Source of the DNA: the human T2T-CHM13v2.0 reference genome, Homo sapiens
DNA: 64,000 bases
Direction: 5' to 3' (one strand)
Assembly: GCF_009914755.1 (NCBI RefSeq)
Contig: NC_060936.1
Positions 14,317 to 33,536 of the stretch are shown here, piece by piece (positions within the stretch are counted from its first letter, which is position 1; every line of letters begins with the position of its first letter). Under the pieces are notes generated by a model. It searched no databases. It had not been told where the DNA came from and was given only the letters and a program-made list of their open reading frames with translations. A program made the position numbers and the translations under genes.

Positions 14317-14601
14317 TTATTATGGGTCAATTCTTAACTGCAAAGAATGAATATCTAATAAAGCTGTTCAGAGATCAAGGGAAGTGAAAGAGGAAGTCAT
14401 GTGGATCAGGAAGGAGTCTCGGGGTTCTTGAAGTTGCCCATGTGAGCAATTGTTAGTCCTGACCATGCGTGTGCCCACAGAGTCAATAAGGTTTCCTAAC
14501 GTGCCATGCTTTCCATAAATTAAACTAGATGATTGTTCTGATGCTGAAGCACTAGACAAGCTCCACAAGAAGATCCCTGTGACTCTCTGATTTCTTTCTC
14601 A

Positions 14602-14790
<189 letters not shown>

Positions 14791-15259
14791 AAATAAATAG
14801 TAATAATGGTAAATTTACCATGCCCTGGTTCTCCCCCATTTAAACACCCTATTACTGTATCTGGTTCTCTGTGTCTGTGGGCCATCTTCCTAAGAAGTTC
14901 CCTGGGCAGCCTCTCTTGAAGTTAGAAAGAAGCTATTACTTGCTAACGGTGAAGAGGTGGAAAGAATGAGTGGGGTGGGGTGGGGGAGATGGGAGATGGG
15001 GAATAACTGCCGGAAGATGAAAGAGAAAAATGCAGCGAGCGACTATATTCTGGCTTAGCCCCCTCCATAAAAGCCACAGTAAAACGTATGTCTCCATTTT
15101 CAGTTTTTACCATGAAGAATCATGTATGGTTTAGAATCAATAAAAGTAACACAAATATCTGAAGAGGACATATGTCTCTTGAATTTAGAAAACATTAAAG
15201 AAACAAAGCCATAGATTTGGGTCCTAAGTCACAGTGGTCACTTCAAGATGTAATTCTTC

Positions 15260-15545
15260 TTTTCTTTTTTTTTGAGACAGCGTCTCACTCTGTTGCTCAA
15301 GCTGGAGTGCAGTGGCACAATCACAGCTCACTGCAACCTCACCTCACAGGTTCAAGTGATTCTCGTGCCTCACCTTCCCAACTAGCTGGGAATATAGGCA
15401 TGCTCCACCATACCTGGCTAATTTTTTTATTTTTGTAGAGATGGGGTCTCATTATGTTGCCCAGGCTGGTCTTAAACTCCTCAGCTCAAGTGATCCTCCT
15501 GCTTTGGCCTCCTAAAGTGCTAGAATTACAGGCATGAGACACCAC
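15260..15545 (-). mobile_element. AluJ
   Basis: Antisense dimer; TSD caagatgta(a/g)ttctt. Confidence 0.93.
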
Positions 15546-15799
15546 AAGATGTAGTTCTTGTAAGACTTGGTTCTCATCATTAGCCACAGATTAGTCCAGG
15601 TTTGCCACAGTTCAGATTCAAAAGAAATGTACCCTGGCCACTCTATGAAACATATTTTATGCATTTTGCTGCATTAGAAATTAAGACAGTCCCCCACAGT
15701 AAGGCTTTAAAAAATGAAGCCTTAGGCATATACAAACAAAATGGAGTTTTGACGGGGTATTATTTAACACAGATAGTCTTCATTTTACAAAGAGATAGA

Positions 15800-16015
15800 C
15801 AGGATTACAGAATATTAAAGCTAGAAGATATTTTGAACCATCAAGTCTTTTTACAGCTAAGGAAACTGAAGCTCAAGCTGAAGAAGCTGGATTTATTCAA
15901 AATTGCCTATGTAGTTCCAGGGACACTTAAAGAATCCTCGCTGATCTATTTATTCAGACAACAAATGTGCCTGGAGCATTTACAGTGTATTAGACAGTGT
16001 GCTAAACTCTCAGTA
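15800..16015 (-). mobile_element. MIR fragment followed by L2 3' end fragment
   Basis: tttacagctaaggaaactgaagctca (MIR core); tttattcagacaacaaatgtgcctggagcatttacagtgtattagacagtgtgcta (L2 tail). Confidence 0.6.
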
Positions 16016-16756
16016 AATGCTAGCTTAGGTGCCCATGCAGGCATTACTGGTTGATCACCACACTCTTTTCTGCCTCAGAGCACTATCTACAAGGTGTTGC
16101 AAGTAGCCAATTGAAGTGAATCTTATTTGTGGTTCCTAGATTTAGGTATTTCTTTTAATTAGCTCTCCTCTAATTTATTTAAAATACAATAAAAATTGTG
16201 GACTAGGCTCAGGAACACCTTAAATGTTCCAAGGACAGTGCCTCCACCATGACCCACAGCACAGACCTGCTAGTGCTGACATGTGCCGGGTTCATTGTCC
16301 GACTCCCAGGAGTGAGCAGGATGGCACTTTTTTGTTTAACTGCCTTGGAATCTGTGGTGTTTTTTCTCACATTTACTTCTCTAAGACCCCACAGCTCAGT
16401 GGGCCAGAGTGAAAGCTTCCTGAGGCCCAAAGTCAAAACTCTAAGATCTGTATCCCTGAACGCTTATAACAGGAGCTCAGCTCTGTCCTCTAAACATGGT
16501 TGTCTAGGGCAGTAAAAAGCTCCCTGCTCAGCTTACAGAATCAGGAATCAGGTGAGCAAAGAATCACTGTGGGCAACCAAGCATTAAAGCAGCTTACAGT
16601 TCAGACACAGAGAAGTGGTTGAGGAGGAGGTAGGAAGGGAGTATCCAGAATTAATGACCCCTTTTATAGCGAACTTGATACCTACCAAATGTGGCACTAT
16701 CCCAATAGTCTACTTGTTACCTTGGCTATGGGAATATCCCTGAGGCCTCTTTCAAA

Positions 16757-16870
16757 CATTCAATCATTCAACAAATATTTTCTGAGCACTTATGATATGT
16801 CAGGCATTCTGCTAGGCCCTGGAGAAAAAGAGATAAGAAAGCCCATAGCCTCAGGAAACCTGCAGTCTGG
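16757..16870 (-). mobile_element. L2 3' end
   Basis: cattcaatcattcaacaaatatttctgagcacttatgatatgtcaggcattctgctagg. Confidence 0.75.
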
Positions 16871-16979
16871 AAAATGTATGGAGTTGTGTAAATAAATGGA
16901 TGCAAAAGAAAATTATGGACTACTATAGAAGTAATTCTGAAATTAGAGAGCTCTTGATGAAAGCAACCATATTGTAGAC

Positions 16980-17311
16980 CAAGAGAGGCCAAATAATTTG
17001 TGGAGCACAGTACAGACTGAAAATGCCAGGGCCCTTGTTAAAAAGTTATTAAGAAGGCACTCAGGAGGCTGAGGCAGGATGATCGCTTGAGCCCAGGAGT
17101 TTGAGGCTGTACTATGCTATGACTGCATCTGTGAATAGCCACTGCATTCCAGCCTGGGTAACTTAGCAAGACCCTGACTCAAAAAAAAAAAAAAGTTATT
17201 AAGCGTATCAAGATAGCAACAATAGAGCATTAAACCAAGCAAACATGGGCCCCTTCTAAGAATAGTGTGCTGTGTGTCTACACAGGTTGTACACTCATGA
17301 AGCTGGCCCTA
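16980..17311 (-). mobile_element. MER45A-like hAT MITE interrupted by an Alu right-arm fragment (17057-17194, +)
   Basis: ataatttgtggagcacagt...agagcattaaaccaagc...cacaggttgtacactcatgaagctggccct; Alu TSD aaaaagttattaag. Confidence 0.8.
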
Positions 17312-18488
17312 TTGGAGCCTCTGGTCTCCAGAAGGATAAGGATCATCCCTGAGAATGCCCAGCTTAATATTTAAGAAAGGAAAAGTAGTCAGCTAATTCA
17401 GTATATTCCCTTTGCTTTTACTGCGCCAAGGGTAACTATAATATCATGAGACAGCCTCAGGGTGACACCACATGCAGACACCGCTGTGATTCTGTGTGCC
17501 TCAGTCCTACCTTCCACCGCCCCTGAACTCGGCAGGGTACTCAAAACCACATCTCCCTCTGCAGCAACTCAGGATTCACAGACAAGTGGTTCCAATATGT
17601 CTGGCTTTGGAAACTGTTAGCTGGCCAACATCAGTGTTCAGCAATATTTGAGGGTAGCCAGACACCAGGTTCAGATGTAGGTGCGCCCACTTGAAGGGGA
17701 AGAAACTAGGTATTTGAAAGGCACTAAATTATCCTTCTCACACCTGATACACACTGCACAAATAACACCAGCTGGTTCCTGAAAATGCACACCTTGGTCC
17801 GCTGGGAAACCAAGAGCAGCAAATGTTCCTAAATATGCTAACAACTCTAATAAAAGTAAAGAGTGCTTAATTAAAGAAGTAATTAGCTTGGTACATAGGA
17901 AGGGACAGATGAACATATACGCAGTGAATATACACATCAATAACTTTTAGCTTATGAGCTTGCCGTTTGAAAGAGAATACTTATTTGATAGTTCTTAGCT
18001 GGGGACTCAGTGCTCCCCACCCTCCAACTCCACTCCAGGGAGGGAAGTGTTTGATGTGAGTGAAAGCCAAGGACATAATTGGGCCATGGTATGAGGGGTG
18101 GAACATTTGATATAACTAACAAAGAGGTTTAAAGCCCTGCCTTGCCAATAACTAGTTTTTTTTTTTTTTTAATTTTAATTTCTATCTCTTTCTGTTGTTG
18201 CCTGTCTTGGGTGCTTTTTCTTATCTGTGCAATGAGTATGGTAAGAGAGACCTGGGGTGACCAGCTGCTTGGGAGGGATGCCCATCCTGGGAAGGCCAAA
18301 GGGTGAGTGGCTAAGGTCAGCTCTGCTCTGTTTCCTTTAGAGAAATGTTATCTTTCCACTATTTTTTTCTTTGAGCCTGCCCTTCCTGCTTCTTCTTGCC
18401 ATGAAACTGATAATAAGCCAGGATTCAGGGGCTCAGCCTTACAGAAAGAAACCAAGTGGCTTCTTTTGTTCTAGTTCTTGTACCAAAG

Positions 18489-18894
18489 TGTATTAGTCCA
18501 CTTTTGCATTGCTATAGAGAAACTCCTAAGACTGGGTAACTTATAAGGAAAAGAAGTTTATTTTGGCTCAGGATGCTGCAGGCTGTACAAGAAGCATGGG
18601 GCCTGCATCTGCTCCTGGTGAGGCCTCAGGAAGCTTACAATCACAGTGGAAGATGACGGGGAGCCAGCACGTCACATGGCAAGAGAGGGGCAGAGAGGTG
18701 CCACACCCTTTTAAACAACCAGATCTCGTGGGAACTCAGCGCGAGAGCTCACTCATCGCCAAGGTGATGGTACTAAGCCATTCATGAGAGATCTACCCCC
18801 GTGAGACAAACACCCCCCACCAAATCCCACCTTCAACATTGGGGATTACAATTCAACATGAGATATGGAGGGGACAAACATACAAACCACATCA
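18489..18894 (-). mobile_element. MSTA-like MaLR solo LTR
   Basis: tgtattagtcca...ggtgaggcctcaggaagcttacaatca...caacatgagat...aaaccacatca; TSD caaag/cagag. Confidence 0.9.
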
Positions 18895-19639
18895 CAGAGG
18901 TACAAAAGGAGGGTCTTGACCTCACGTGGTTGAGCCCACCTAACAGAGTTTGAGACCCTATAGTCATAAACCTGGCAGTGGTATGGAAGGTTCTTTTCTG
19001 CCCAGCTCTCTCATGATTCCATGGCAGGGGTTCATCTCTCTGTCTTGTAATAAGGCAAGCATGACTTAGGAGTATCATGCACTTACATGGAGCTAAATCC
19101 AAGATTTCCAATACTTTGTGACTCATCTTAATTCAGTTAAATCCAGGGAGCACTTATGAGCCTAATATGGGCAATTCACTCTCTAATCAGAAGCATATTT
19201 TTATTATAGCAGTGAAGAAACAAATTTATTTAGACTTGTTTATGACAATTATTAATTCATTAGCATTATATTTGGAATGCTGTTCTGCATAAAATTAATC
19301 TCAGTCCTTTTTTAAATTTTTTTTATCTTAAACTCAGTCGTAAGGTCTCAGTCCTTTAAAAAGTAAAAATGTTATTACAGAATTTGACTTAGGCCAGCAG
19401 TGCAGGCACCATACATCAAAGCTAGCCAGCAGAATTGAAGAGAGAGCCAAAAGGCATTTGATTGCAACTGCTGAGCAAACTTAGCTCAATTTCGGTCCTT
19501 CTTAGCCCCCTCTCAAGGCCCAGCCTCCCTTTTTCCTGTGATTCTCAGTACTGGCACCCAGCATGCAACCCCCTGGAGGTCACAGATCCTGTTACACATT
19601 CTTATTCCTGCTCAACTCCGTCTTCTCCCAACCTAGCTT

Positions 19640-19949
19640 CTATTTACACTGTACCCTTTGAAATTCTTGTTCTAGTGCCAAATATTTAAAAACAGTTCTC
19701 TATGCTCTTAACCTTTTCACTCACTATGTCCTCCACTTTCTGGCTTTAACTGAAACTTGGATTTCCCTGGAGAATTCTGTGTCCCTGCCACCCTCTCAAG
19801 TGGAGCCAGCTCATTCTTGTGCACATGGTCTCACTGATGGCCAGAGGTATTATCTTCTGGCTCTAGGCTTCTACCTGCAGAGCACCACTCTTTCACATTC
19901 TTTCAAAACCCCTTTCTTAAACAAAATTTATATCAATCAGCTTTCCGTC
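19640..19949 (+). mobile_element. L2 ORF2 5' (endonuclease-domain) remnant
   Basis: ctggctttaactgaaacttggatttcc translates to LALTETWIS, an APE-type endonuclease motif of L2/CR1 LINEs; pyrimidine-rich L2 character. Confidence 0.6.
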
Positions 19950-20740
<791 letters not shown>

Positions 20741-20847
20741 TTCCACCCCTGGAAAGCCCAGCCCCGTTCATCTTCTACTTGGAGATCTGTCTTCAACCCT
20801 TCCATTATCTTCAGTGATGTCTAGCTTTGATCTCTCTCTCTCTCTCT

Positions 20848-21150
20848 CTTTTTTTTTTTTTTTTTTTTTTTTTTGAGACAGGGTCTCTCTCTGTCACCCA
20901 GGCTGGAGCGCAGTGGTGGCGAGATCTCAGCTCACTGCAAACTCCATTTCCCAGGTTCAAGCAATTCTACTGCCTCAGCCTCCCAAGTATCTGGGACCAT
21001 CGCACCTGGCTAATTTTTGTATTTTTAGCAGAAACGGGGTTTCACTGTGTTGGCCAGGCTGGTCTTGAACACCTGACCTCAAGTGATCCATTCGCCTTAG
21101 CCTCCCAAAGTGCTAGGATTACAGGTGTGGGCCACCATGCCTGGCCTGGC
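20848..21150 (-). mobile_element. AluS with (CT)n/T tail
   Basis: Antisense dimer; TSD ttgatctct. Confidence 0.93.
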
Positions 21151-21990
21151 CTTGATCTCTTGATTCGTTGATCTCTTTTGTGTTTTTCTTAATCTCTAAC
21201 CCGTCTAGGTCGCTATTTTTTGGTGGCAACCCCAGGCCTTGTTCTCACTCATGCTTCCTCCAGCTCTTTGAGACATCCCGCTCAGGCTACGCTCTCCTCT
21301 TTCCCTGGTGTTTTTCTCACTAAAGGTGCTCTTTGACCCCATTAAGACCTGTAGTTCCTCAAATCCCTGTCTACAAACAAGCTCCTCTCTGGTTCATCAC
21401 TTCAGTGACATTTTTTTATCCACAGTGCCACTTCCTTCACCTCCCTTAGCCTCCTTTCTCTCCTTCCTCTACTGACCCAGTCCCTGGAAGAATTGTTTGG
21501 GCTTCAGAGTTGTGTGAGGGAGAATCTTGTCATGGCACTTCCTGGGACCCCTACAAGCTTGATTCATCAAACCTGTTCAACAGTGCTTTCTCTGTCTCTG
21601 GTGAGTTCCCTCTTGCAGCACCGTATTGGGAATTCCAAACACTGCATATAACCTCCACATCCCTCACTCATAGCACATAATGTTTTCTCAGACTCCAAAG
21701 AGAAAGACCACATGAGTCAGAAGTCTTCTGCCATTTCTAAATCTACCTAAAATACATCTCTTGTTGCTGCCTTCCTGTTAGCTTAGAGGTAGAGGGGTCT
21801 TTCCTTCTTTGTAAGGCCAACCCCTGCTCCTGCGTGCTGAATCTCCTCTCCATCAATTCCTCCTCTTTCAAATGTCAGAAGTCTTTATCCATTTCTCTCA
21901 TTCAGAAACACAATGAAGTTTTCCTAGTCTCAACATAATCCTTCCCTTTGCCTTCACCTATCACACAAGCTACTGACCCTATCCCTCTCT
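21151..21990 (+). mobile_element. L2 internal fragment (degenerate)
   Basis: C/T-rich L2-like tracts (gtaaggccaacccctgctcctgcgtgctgaatc; caagctactgaccctatccctctc). Confidence 0.5.
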
Positions 21991-22126
21991 TTGTAGATGG
22001 GACAGGGATAAACTGCAGGACACGACCAAAGCAGAAATAGCTTACTCCTAAAGAATAAAATGAGAAAAAATAAAACTTTTCATGTGTTAGGGGTGGACTC
22101 AGCCACCTATAGAGTAAAGCAAAACT

Positions 22127-22525
22127 AGGAATAAACGCAGATTTGGAGCCCTAAGTCTTATACAATAAGGTGGTGGTAGGGTCACTCTTTTTTTTTAATT
22201 TTTTTTATTTTTTATTTATTTATTATTTTTTTGGGGGGGGACTACAGGTGCAAGCGTCACCATGCCTGGCTAATTTTTGTATTTTTAGTAGAGACAGAAT
22301 TTCACCATGTTGCCCAGGCTGGTCTCAAATTCCTGGGCTCAGGTGATCCACCACCTTGGCCTCCCAAAGTGCTGAGATTACAGGCATGAGCCACCGTGCC
22401 TGGCCAGGTCACTCCTTTAAAAAAGGATATAAAATTGGGTACAAACATAACTAAGGTCTTGGAAGGTATGAGTAAAGGGTGCTGAATCTTGAAGTTTATT
22501 TGTTTCATAGTAAATCTGCCCCTGC
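22127..22525. mobile_element. hAT-Tip100 MITE (Arthur1/MER69-like) containing an internally deleted Alu (22188-22406, -)
   Basis: End gaagtttatttgtttcatagtaaatctgcccctg; Alu TSD ggtcactc(t/c)ttt. Confidence 0.55.
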
Positions 22526-22841
22526 CTAGATAAAGGTACTGTATGAAGACAGTCTAGTGGTGGAGGATGTCTCTGAGAAAGAGTATATCTAATCATTGCA
22601 TCATGATGTTTGAGAAAAGTACTTCCCAGAAAATAGTAGGCATCTCACTGCTAGTATTCAAGAAGATTTGGGGAATATCAGATAGTCAAATTTTACTTTA
22701 TGAGCAATATGTTTAGCTCTTCAGTTGCCTTCAATTTGTGTCAAGGAATACTAGCTTTCCATTTGTGCCCATAACATAAAATTTCCTTTAAATAGTATTA
22801 CTATTTTAAGTAAGCTAATTTTAAAAAAATTTATGCTAATA

Positions 22842-23243
22842 CAGTAGACTCTTGAGCAACATGGATTTGAACTGCAAGGTCCACTTGTACATGGATTCCT
22901 TCTGCCTCTGCCACCCCTGAGACAGTAAGACCAACCCCTCTTCCTCCTCCTCCTCAGCATACTCAACAGGAAGATGAAAAGCATGAAGACCTTTATGGTG
23001 ATCCACTTCCATTTGATAAATAGTAAATATAGTTTCTCTTCCTCATGATTTTCTTCATTAGATTTTCTTTTCTCTAGCTTACTTGATTGCATATAATACA
23101 TATAACATAAAAAAAAATGTATTGTAAGGCTGCCAGATGGGCTATTAGTAGTTAAGTTTTGGGGAAGTGCAGAGTTATACATGGATTTTCAGCTGCAAGG
23201 GAGTTGGCACCCCTAAACTTTAACTGTAATCAAGGGTCAACTG
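22842..23243 (+). mobile_element. Tigger2a/MER28-like TcMar-Tigger deletion derivative
   Basis: TA|cagtagactcttgagcaac ... tcaagggtcaactg|TA terminal inverted repeats with TA TSD. Confidence 0.88.
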
Positions 23244-24149
23244 TAATTGTACATGTGGTTGACGTATGGATATGGCAAATATTTTGATGATACCATGAGA
23301 ATGATCATCTTTGGGGAGCACTGAGTCAAAGGGAATGGGATGGTTTCTCTAAAAGAAAAATCTAGAGAAACAAAATATGGCAATGCAACTCCATTGCTGC
23401 CCAAGGGGAAAGGCACCACAGCCTATGAGCATGAGCATCTGAACAATACGGCAAGTATATTACAGTGGAGATGGATGTGCAGCATATCACAGATTCATGA
23501 CACTAGTCATGTAATCTGGGTGATCCCTCTTGCTCTGAGCTCATGTTTCCTGGCAACATTTTGATTATAATTAGGCTTTGCCTATAAGCTATAAAGGTCT
23601 CATTAGCAAACCATGAACATCTGGCTTGCTTGGTAGTTTATCACTCAATATCAACTAATCAATCAACATTGTGGTTTTTAAACATAAGCTCACGTGAGTT
23701 TGGACCCTTATGCTGGCAAGCTTGGTTTTGGAGCCTGAAAGACTAAGGGCTGGAGCTGAAGACCTTGGCTGGAGGTACATTTGCCAAGGTGACATCACCT
23801 GTAGACATGTCTCTGTGGCCACGCTTTCCTCCTTCCTCAGGTGCCATCTGACGTTGTTGAATGATTTTACATCAAGCTACAGCTTCATTTGCTCCTTGAT
23901 GTTTATAATCTGCCTCCAACTCTGTCGTTCTTTAAGAAAGTGCTCAGGAAGTGCACCCATGGCCTTCTAAGTGTCCAACTCGGGCTGATTTTCAGAACTC
24001 GTCCCCATTGACCTCCCTTATCTTTGAATGCTTTTGAGTATTTGATGTCTTCCATCTGGCTTCTAAGACACTCTTTTAAAACTATTCTCTGTCAAATGTT
24101 TAAAAAAATTTCCTCTCCAGATTCCACTTCTGCTTACCCCTTAAACATA

Positions 24150-24670
<521 letters not shown>

Positions 24671-24857
24671 CTTCCTCAACCACACATGGCTTTAATTACT
24701 ATATGAAATAATCAGATAGAGTTTTCCAGCCTTGAGCTCTCTCCTCAGCTCCAAATTGGTGTTTTAACTGCCTACAGATAACTCCTGCAGGCCCCTCAAA
24801 TGGAGCATGTCTAAAACAGAAATTATCAACACCCTTCCACCCACTGTGCCCTGTTAC

Positions 24858-25492
<635 letters not shown>

Positions 25493-25669
25493 TCAGCAGC
25501 AGTTTTTATAAGCCAAATTTTCCAGATTGGAAAGACTGATCAAAGAAGTATTTTTATCCAAGGAATAAGTTACCTGTGGAGAACCTCAACTCAGACCAGT
25601 CAGGAATGACTCCAGTGTTTCTAAACTTTAAATGGCGAATCCAGAATGTAATGTATCTCAAAACGGTAA

Positions 25670-26238
25670 TGTGATGGTTAATATTGAGTGTCAACTCGGT
25701 TGAAGGATGCAAAGTATTGTTTGGATTGAAGGATGCAAAGTATTGTTTCCGGGTGTGTCTGTGAGGGTGTTGCCAAAGGAGATTAACAATTGAGTCAGTG
25801 GCCTGGGAGAGGCAGACCCACCCTCAATCTGGGTGAGCACCATCTAATCAGCTGCCAGCACAGCTAGGATAAAAGCAGGCAGAGGAACGGGAAGAACAAG
25901 ACTGCCTGTCTTGTAGCCTCCATCTTTCTCCTGTGCTGGATGCTTCTTGTCCTTAAACATTGGACTCCAAGTTCTTCAGTTTTTGGACTCTTGGACATAC
26001 ACCAGTGGTTTGTCTTTTGGGGTTTTTGGGCCTTTGGCCATAGACTGAAGGCTGCACTGTCGGCTTCCCTTCTTTTGAGACTTTGGGACTCAGACTGGCT
26101 TCCTTGCTCCTCAGCTTGCAGACGGCCTATCGTGGGACTTCACTTTGTGACTGTGAGTCAACACTCCTTAATAAACTCCCTTTCATATATACACCTATCC
26201 TATTAGTCCTGTCCCACTAGAGAACCCTGACTAATACA
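25670..26238 (+). mobile_element. MLT2A1 (HERVL) solo LTR
   Basis: tgtgatggttaatattgagtgtcaac...gagaaccctgactaataca; internal aataaa; TSD ggtaa/gctaa. Confidence 0.93.
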
Positions 26239-26284
26239 GCTAAAAAAGTACATTTTCTCAGATGTATATTATAATTTAAAAATA

Positions 26285-29010
<2,726 letters not shown>

Positions 29011-29186
29011 GTGGGAACAGAAGCACAGCAGGCCCTTGGAAGGTAGCTGGCAGTAGCTGCAATTGGTTAAGCAACTGCCACGTTCCAGGCTTAGCATTTT
29101 CCATATTCTCATTTCATCTACCCTTATGATCACTCCTTGTTTCATCTTCTTCTGTGACATTTTCCTGGTAAAACTTCATTCCTGGT

Positions 29187-29578
29187 TGTATTAGTTTGTT
29201 AGGGCTGCTGTAACCAAATATCACAGACTGGAAGGCTTAAACAACAGAAATTTGTTATCTCTCCATGCTGGAGGTTGGAAGTCTAAGATCAAGGTGTGAG
29301 CAGGTTTGGTTTCTGGTGAGGCCTCTTTCCTTGGTTTGCAAAGTGCCACCGTTGCACTGTGTCCTCACGGGGCCTTTCTTCTGCATGCTCACAGGAAGAG
29401 AGAGCTCTCTGGTGTTTCTTCCTCTTCTCATAAGGTCCTGTCCCATAGGATTACAGCCCCACCCTTACGATGTCATTTACCTTAATTACATCTTTTAAGG
29501 CCCTGCCTCCCAATACAGTCACACTGGAGGTTAAAGCTTCAACATACAAATTTTGGGAGAACACAATTCAATCCAAAA
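29187..29578 (-). mobile_element. MLT1A-type MaLR LTR
   Basis: tgtattagtttgttagggctgctgtaacc...cttcaacatacaaattttgggagaacacaattcaatcc. Confidence 0.88.
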
Positions 29579-29579
29579 T

Positions 29580-31697
29580 GCTAAATCTAACTCACTCCCT
29601 ACTCTTGGGTTTGCACCTGAACAGCCAGACACAGGTGAAGAAAAACATACAACCATGCCCACTAGGCTCACTTTAAAGTTAGGATCTCAAACCTCAAGGG
29701 AGCCTTCAGCCCCTCCAGCAAACCCATCACATATTGCTGGTCCATCCACTCAGCCACTCCATGAGGGGACAATTTCACACCGTCTCCTCTGTCCTCAAAC
29801 TCTCAGCACACCCTCCTCTCTCTTCATCCTCCACTCATGACCTTGCATCCTGTTTCACTGAGAATATCAAACATTCATGTCCCCACTGTTCTGCATTTGT
29901 TCCCATAGGCACTCCCTTCTTCCTATAATCGTGGAAAAAACATCCCGAATGAGCAAGCCCAGGATACCACACCAGGACTGACCCTTCACTTATGCACAGA
30001 TTCCATCCCCCTCACCAGCCTCTGCAAGAATCCTGTCTCCTGCACCATCCATTTCCTCTTTCTCTTGGATAATTTCCTTCAGCATAAAATCAGAAGCACA
30101 TGACATTAACACAATATCTTCCAGCTTAAAAAACAGACACATTAAAAAAAAAACTCTCCCTAGAGCCCACTTCTCTTGGCTGCTGCCTCATTTAGAAAAG
30201 TTCCTTGAAAGACTTGAAGACTTGCTAGCTCCCCTTCCTCACCATCCATTCTCTCTGGAACCCACACCAGTGAGGCAGTCAACTCCCCATTTTGCCAAAT
30301 CCATACCTGAGGTCACCAATTGTTTCCCAGTGCCAAACAAAAGGGTAGTTCTCAGTTCTCATTATACTTAATCCATGAGCAGCCACTGACAGAATTTATC
30401 GCTGCCTCCTTCTTGAAATGCTGTTACTCCTGACTTTTGGGACAACTTGCTCCTCCCCTCTCAGTGGCCACTCGCTCTCAAGCTCCTTTTCTGAATCGCC
30501 CCTTTTTTATTCCTGTACATGGGGAGCTTCAGGGCTCCGGCTTCAAACCTCTTTTTTCTCTGCAGTCACTCTCTGGGTGCCAGGTCCTTGGCTTTAAATA
30601 CCATTTATATCCTAAAGACTCATCAATCTACATCTCTAGGTCAGATCTCTCTCCTAAACTCCTCTCCGCTGTTCAATAGACACATCAAAGTCAACATGTT
30701 CAGGACAGAGCTCTTAATTTTCTTTCCCAAAGTTGTTCCTCCTTTAGCATTATCCATCTCAATAAATAACATGATTCACATAGTTTTTCAAGCCAAAAAC
30801 CTTGAGGTTCTCCTTGACTCTTTTCTCTTATATCTCATATCCAATCTATCAGCAAATCAGGTAGATCAAACTATAAAATAGATCCAGGATTTACCACTTC
30901 TCATCATCCCCCCCATTGCCAACCTGGCTCTTGTCACCAATAATTCAAAGGTCCTCTCCCTTGAATTATTGCAAGAGCCTCTTGCTATATAACTTGTCTG
31001 CCTTCTTCCGTTTTTGCCTCATTAACATCAATTCTTCACACAGCCGCCAGACTGAGCCTTTAAAAAGGAATCAGATCAGATCATCCCCCTACTCAAAAAC
31101 CCTTGACTGTTCCCACCATACTTCAGGTTTTTTTCTTCTCTTTTTCACCACCCATTTCTTAGCATGAATTCCATCACACTGAGAATAAGAACCAAAAGCC
31201 CGTGCTGGGCCTGGCCCTATAGCATCTGTCTCTGGCCTTCCTGTCTGACCTCATTGTCCACCACTCCTTCCCTTCTCTTGCTGTGCTCCAGACACAGTAA
31301 CGTTCCCGCTCCTCCTTGAACGTGCCAAACGCATGCCTGCCTCAGGGCCTTTGCACTTGCTGTCTTCCTTGCCAGAAATCTCTTTTCCCAGATAGCCACA
31401 TAATTTGCTTCCTCACATCATTCAGATCTCTGCACAGATATCACTTCCTTAGAGAAATTTTCCTAGACTGCCTCCCCGCAGTCTAACAAACACACTCCAT
31501 CACTGTCTCCTTAAGTAGCTTTATATTTTTATATTGCCTCATAGCACATACCATGACTTGACATTTATTGTATCTATTTATGTCCTTGTTTATTGTTATG
31601 ACACTGGAATGTGAGCCCCAAAAAGGCAGACGCTGTCAGTTTTGTTCATTGCCACATCTCTAGCACCTAAGACAGTGTCTGGCACACAGTAGGTGCT
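29580..31697 (+). mobile_element. Long L2a remnant (tail resumes at 32107-32145)
   Basis: ggctttaaataccatttatatcctaaagactc; gcctgcctcagggcctttgcacttgctg; cctaagacagtgtctggcacacagtaggtgct. Confidence 0.85.
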
Positions 31698-32106
31698 TGT
31701 ATTAGTTAGCTAGGGCTGTCGTAACAGAGTATCTCAGACTAAGTGGCTTAAACAACAAATTTGTCTCACAATTCCGGGGACTAGATGTTCAAAATCAAGG
31801 CGTCAGCTGGGTGGATTCCTTCTGAGGGCTAGAGGGAAGGATCTATTCCAGGCCTCTCTCAGCTTGCAAATGGCCATCTTTTCCTTTCATCTGTCATTTG
31901 TCTTCCTGTTATTGTATCTCTCTGTCCAAATTTCCCCTTTTCACGAGGACACCAGTCATACTGGGTTAGGGCCCAGCCCTAATGATTTTACTTTAACTTG
32001 ATTACTTCTGTAAAGATGCTATCCCAAAATAAGATGCTATTCTGAGATATTAGGGGTTAGGACTTCAACATATGAATTTTGGTGGTACACAATTCAACAT
32101 GTAAGA
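31698..32106 (-). mobile_element. MLT1B-like MaLR LTR
   Basis: tgtattagttagctagggctg...gaggacaccagtcatactgggttagggccc...ggacttcaacatatgaatttt; TSD gtgct. Confidence 0.88.
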
Positions 32107-32266
32107 GTGCTCCATGAATTTTTGTTGCATTTGTGAATGCATGAAGACTGATTGGATAAATAAATCCTCAGAACAACCCTTTGCACTGTCAGTGCAACAT
32201 ATAATTATTTTCCCCAATTTACAGTTCGTCTTTTAACTATTTATATCCTGCTAACATGGTTTATTA

Positions 32267-32936
<670 letters not shown>

Positions 32937-33207
32937 TAATAAAATTAATTTAGCCTAAAAGATGGCTGATCAAAGGGTTCCATCCTGTATATTGTCAACA
33001 ATAAAAACCGTTGGACCCCTGTGTGAATTAACTCAGAAATGAGCTTTTATCAGCAGTAGCACAAATATACACTAGGGGCTAGAGCATGGAGAGGAAAGGC
33101 AATGAAACAAGTTTGGAAATGTAAAGCAACCTTTTGTTTATTAATCCTTAGAGAGAATGGTGAAAGGGCTACTAGATTTGTGAGCTAAATTGGTTAGAAA
33201 ATAATCA

Positions 33208-33520
<313 letters not shown>

Positions 33521-33536
33521 CAATCAAATACTTTCA

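Noticed and set aside
15602-16054. 150-aa ORF
   Set aside because: TTG start; runs through MIR and L2 remnants; no recognisable domain.
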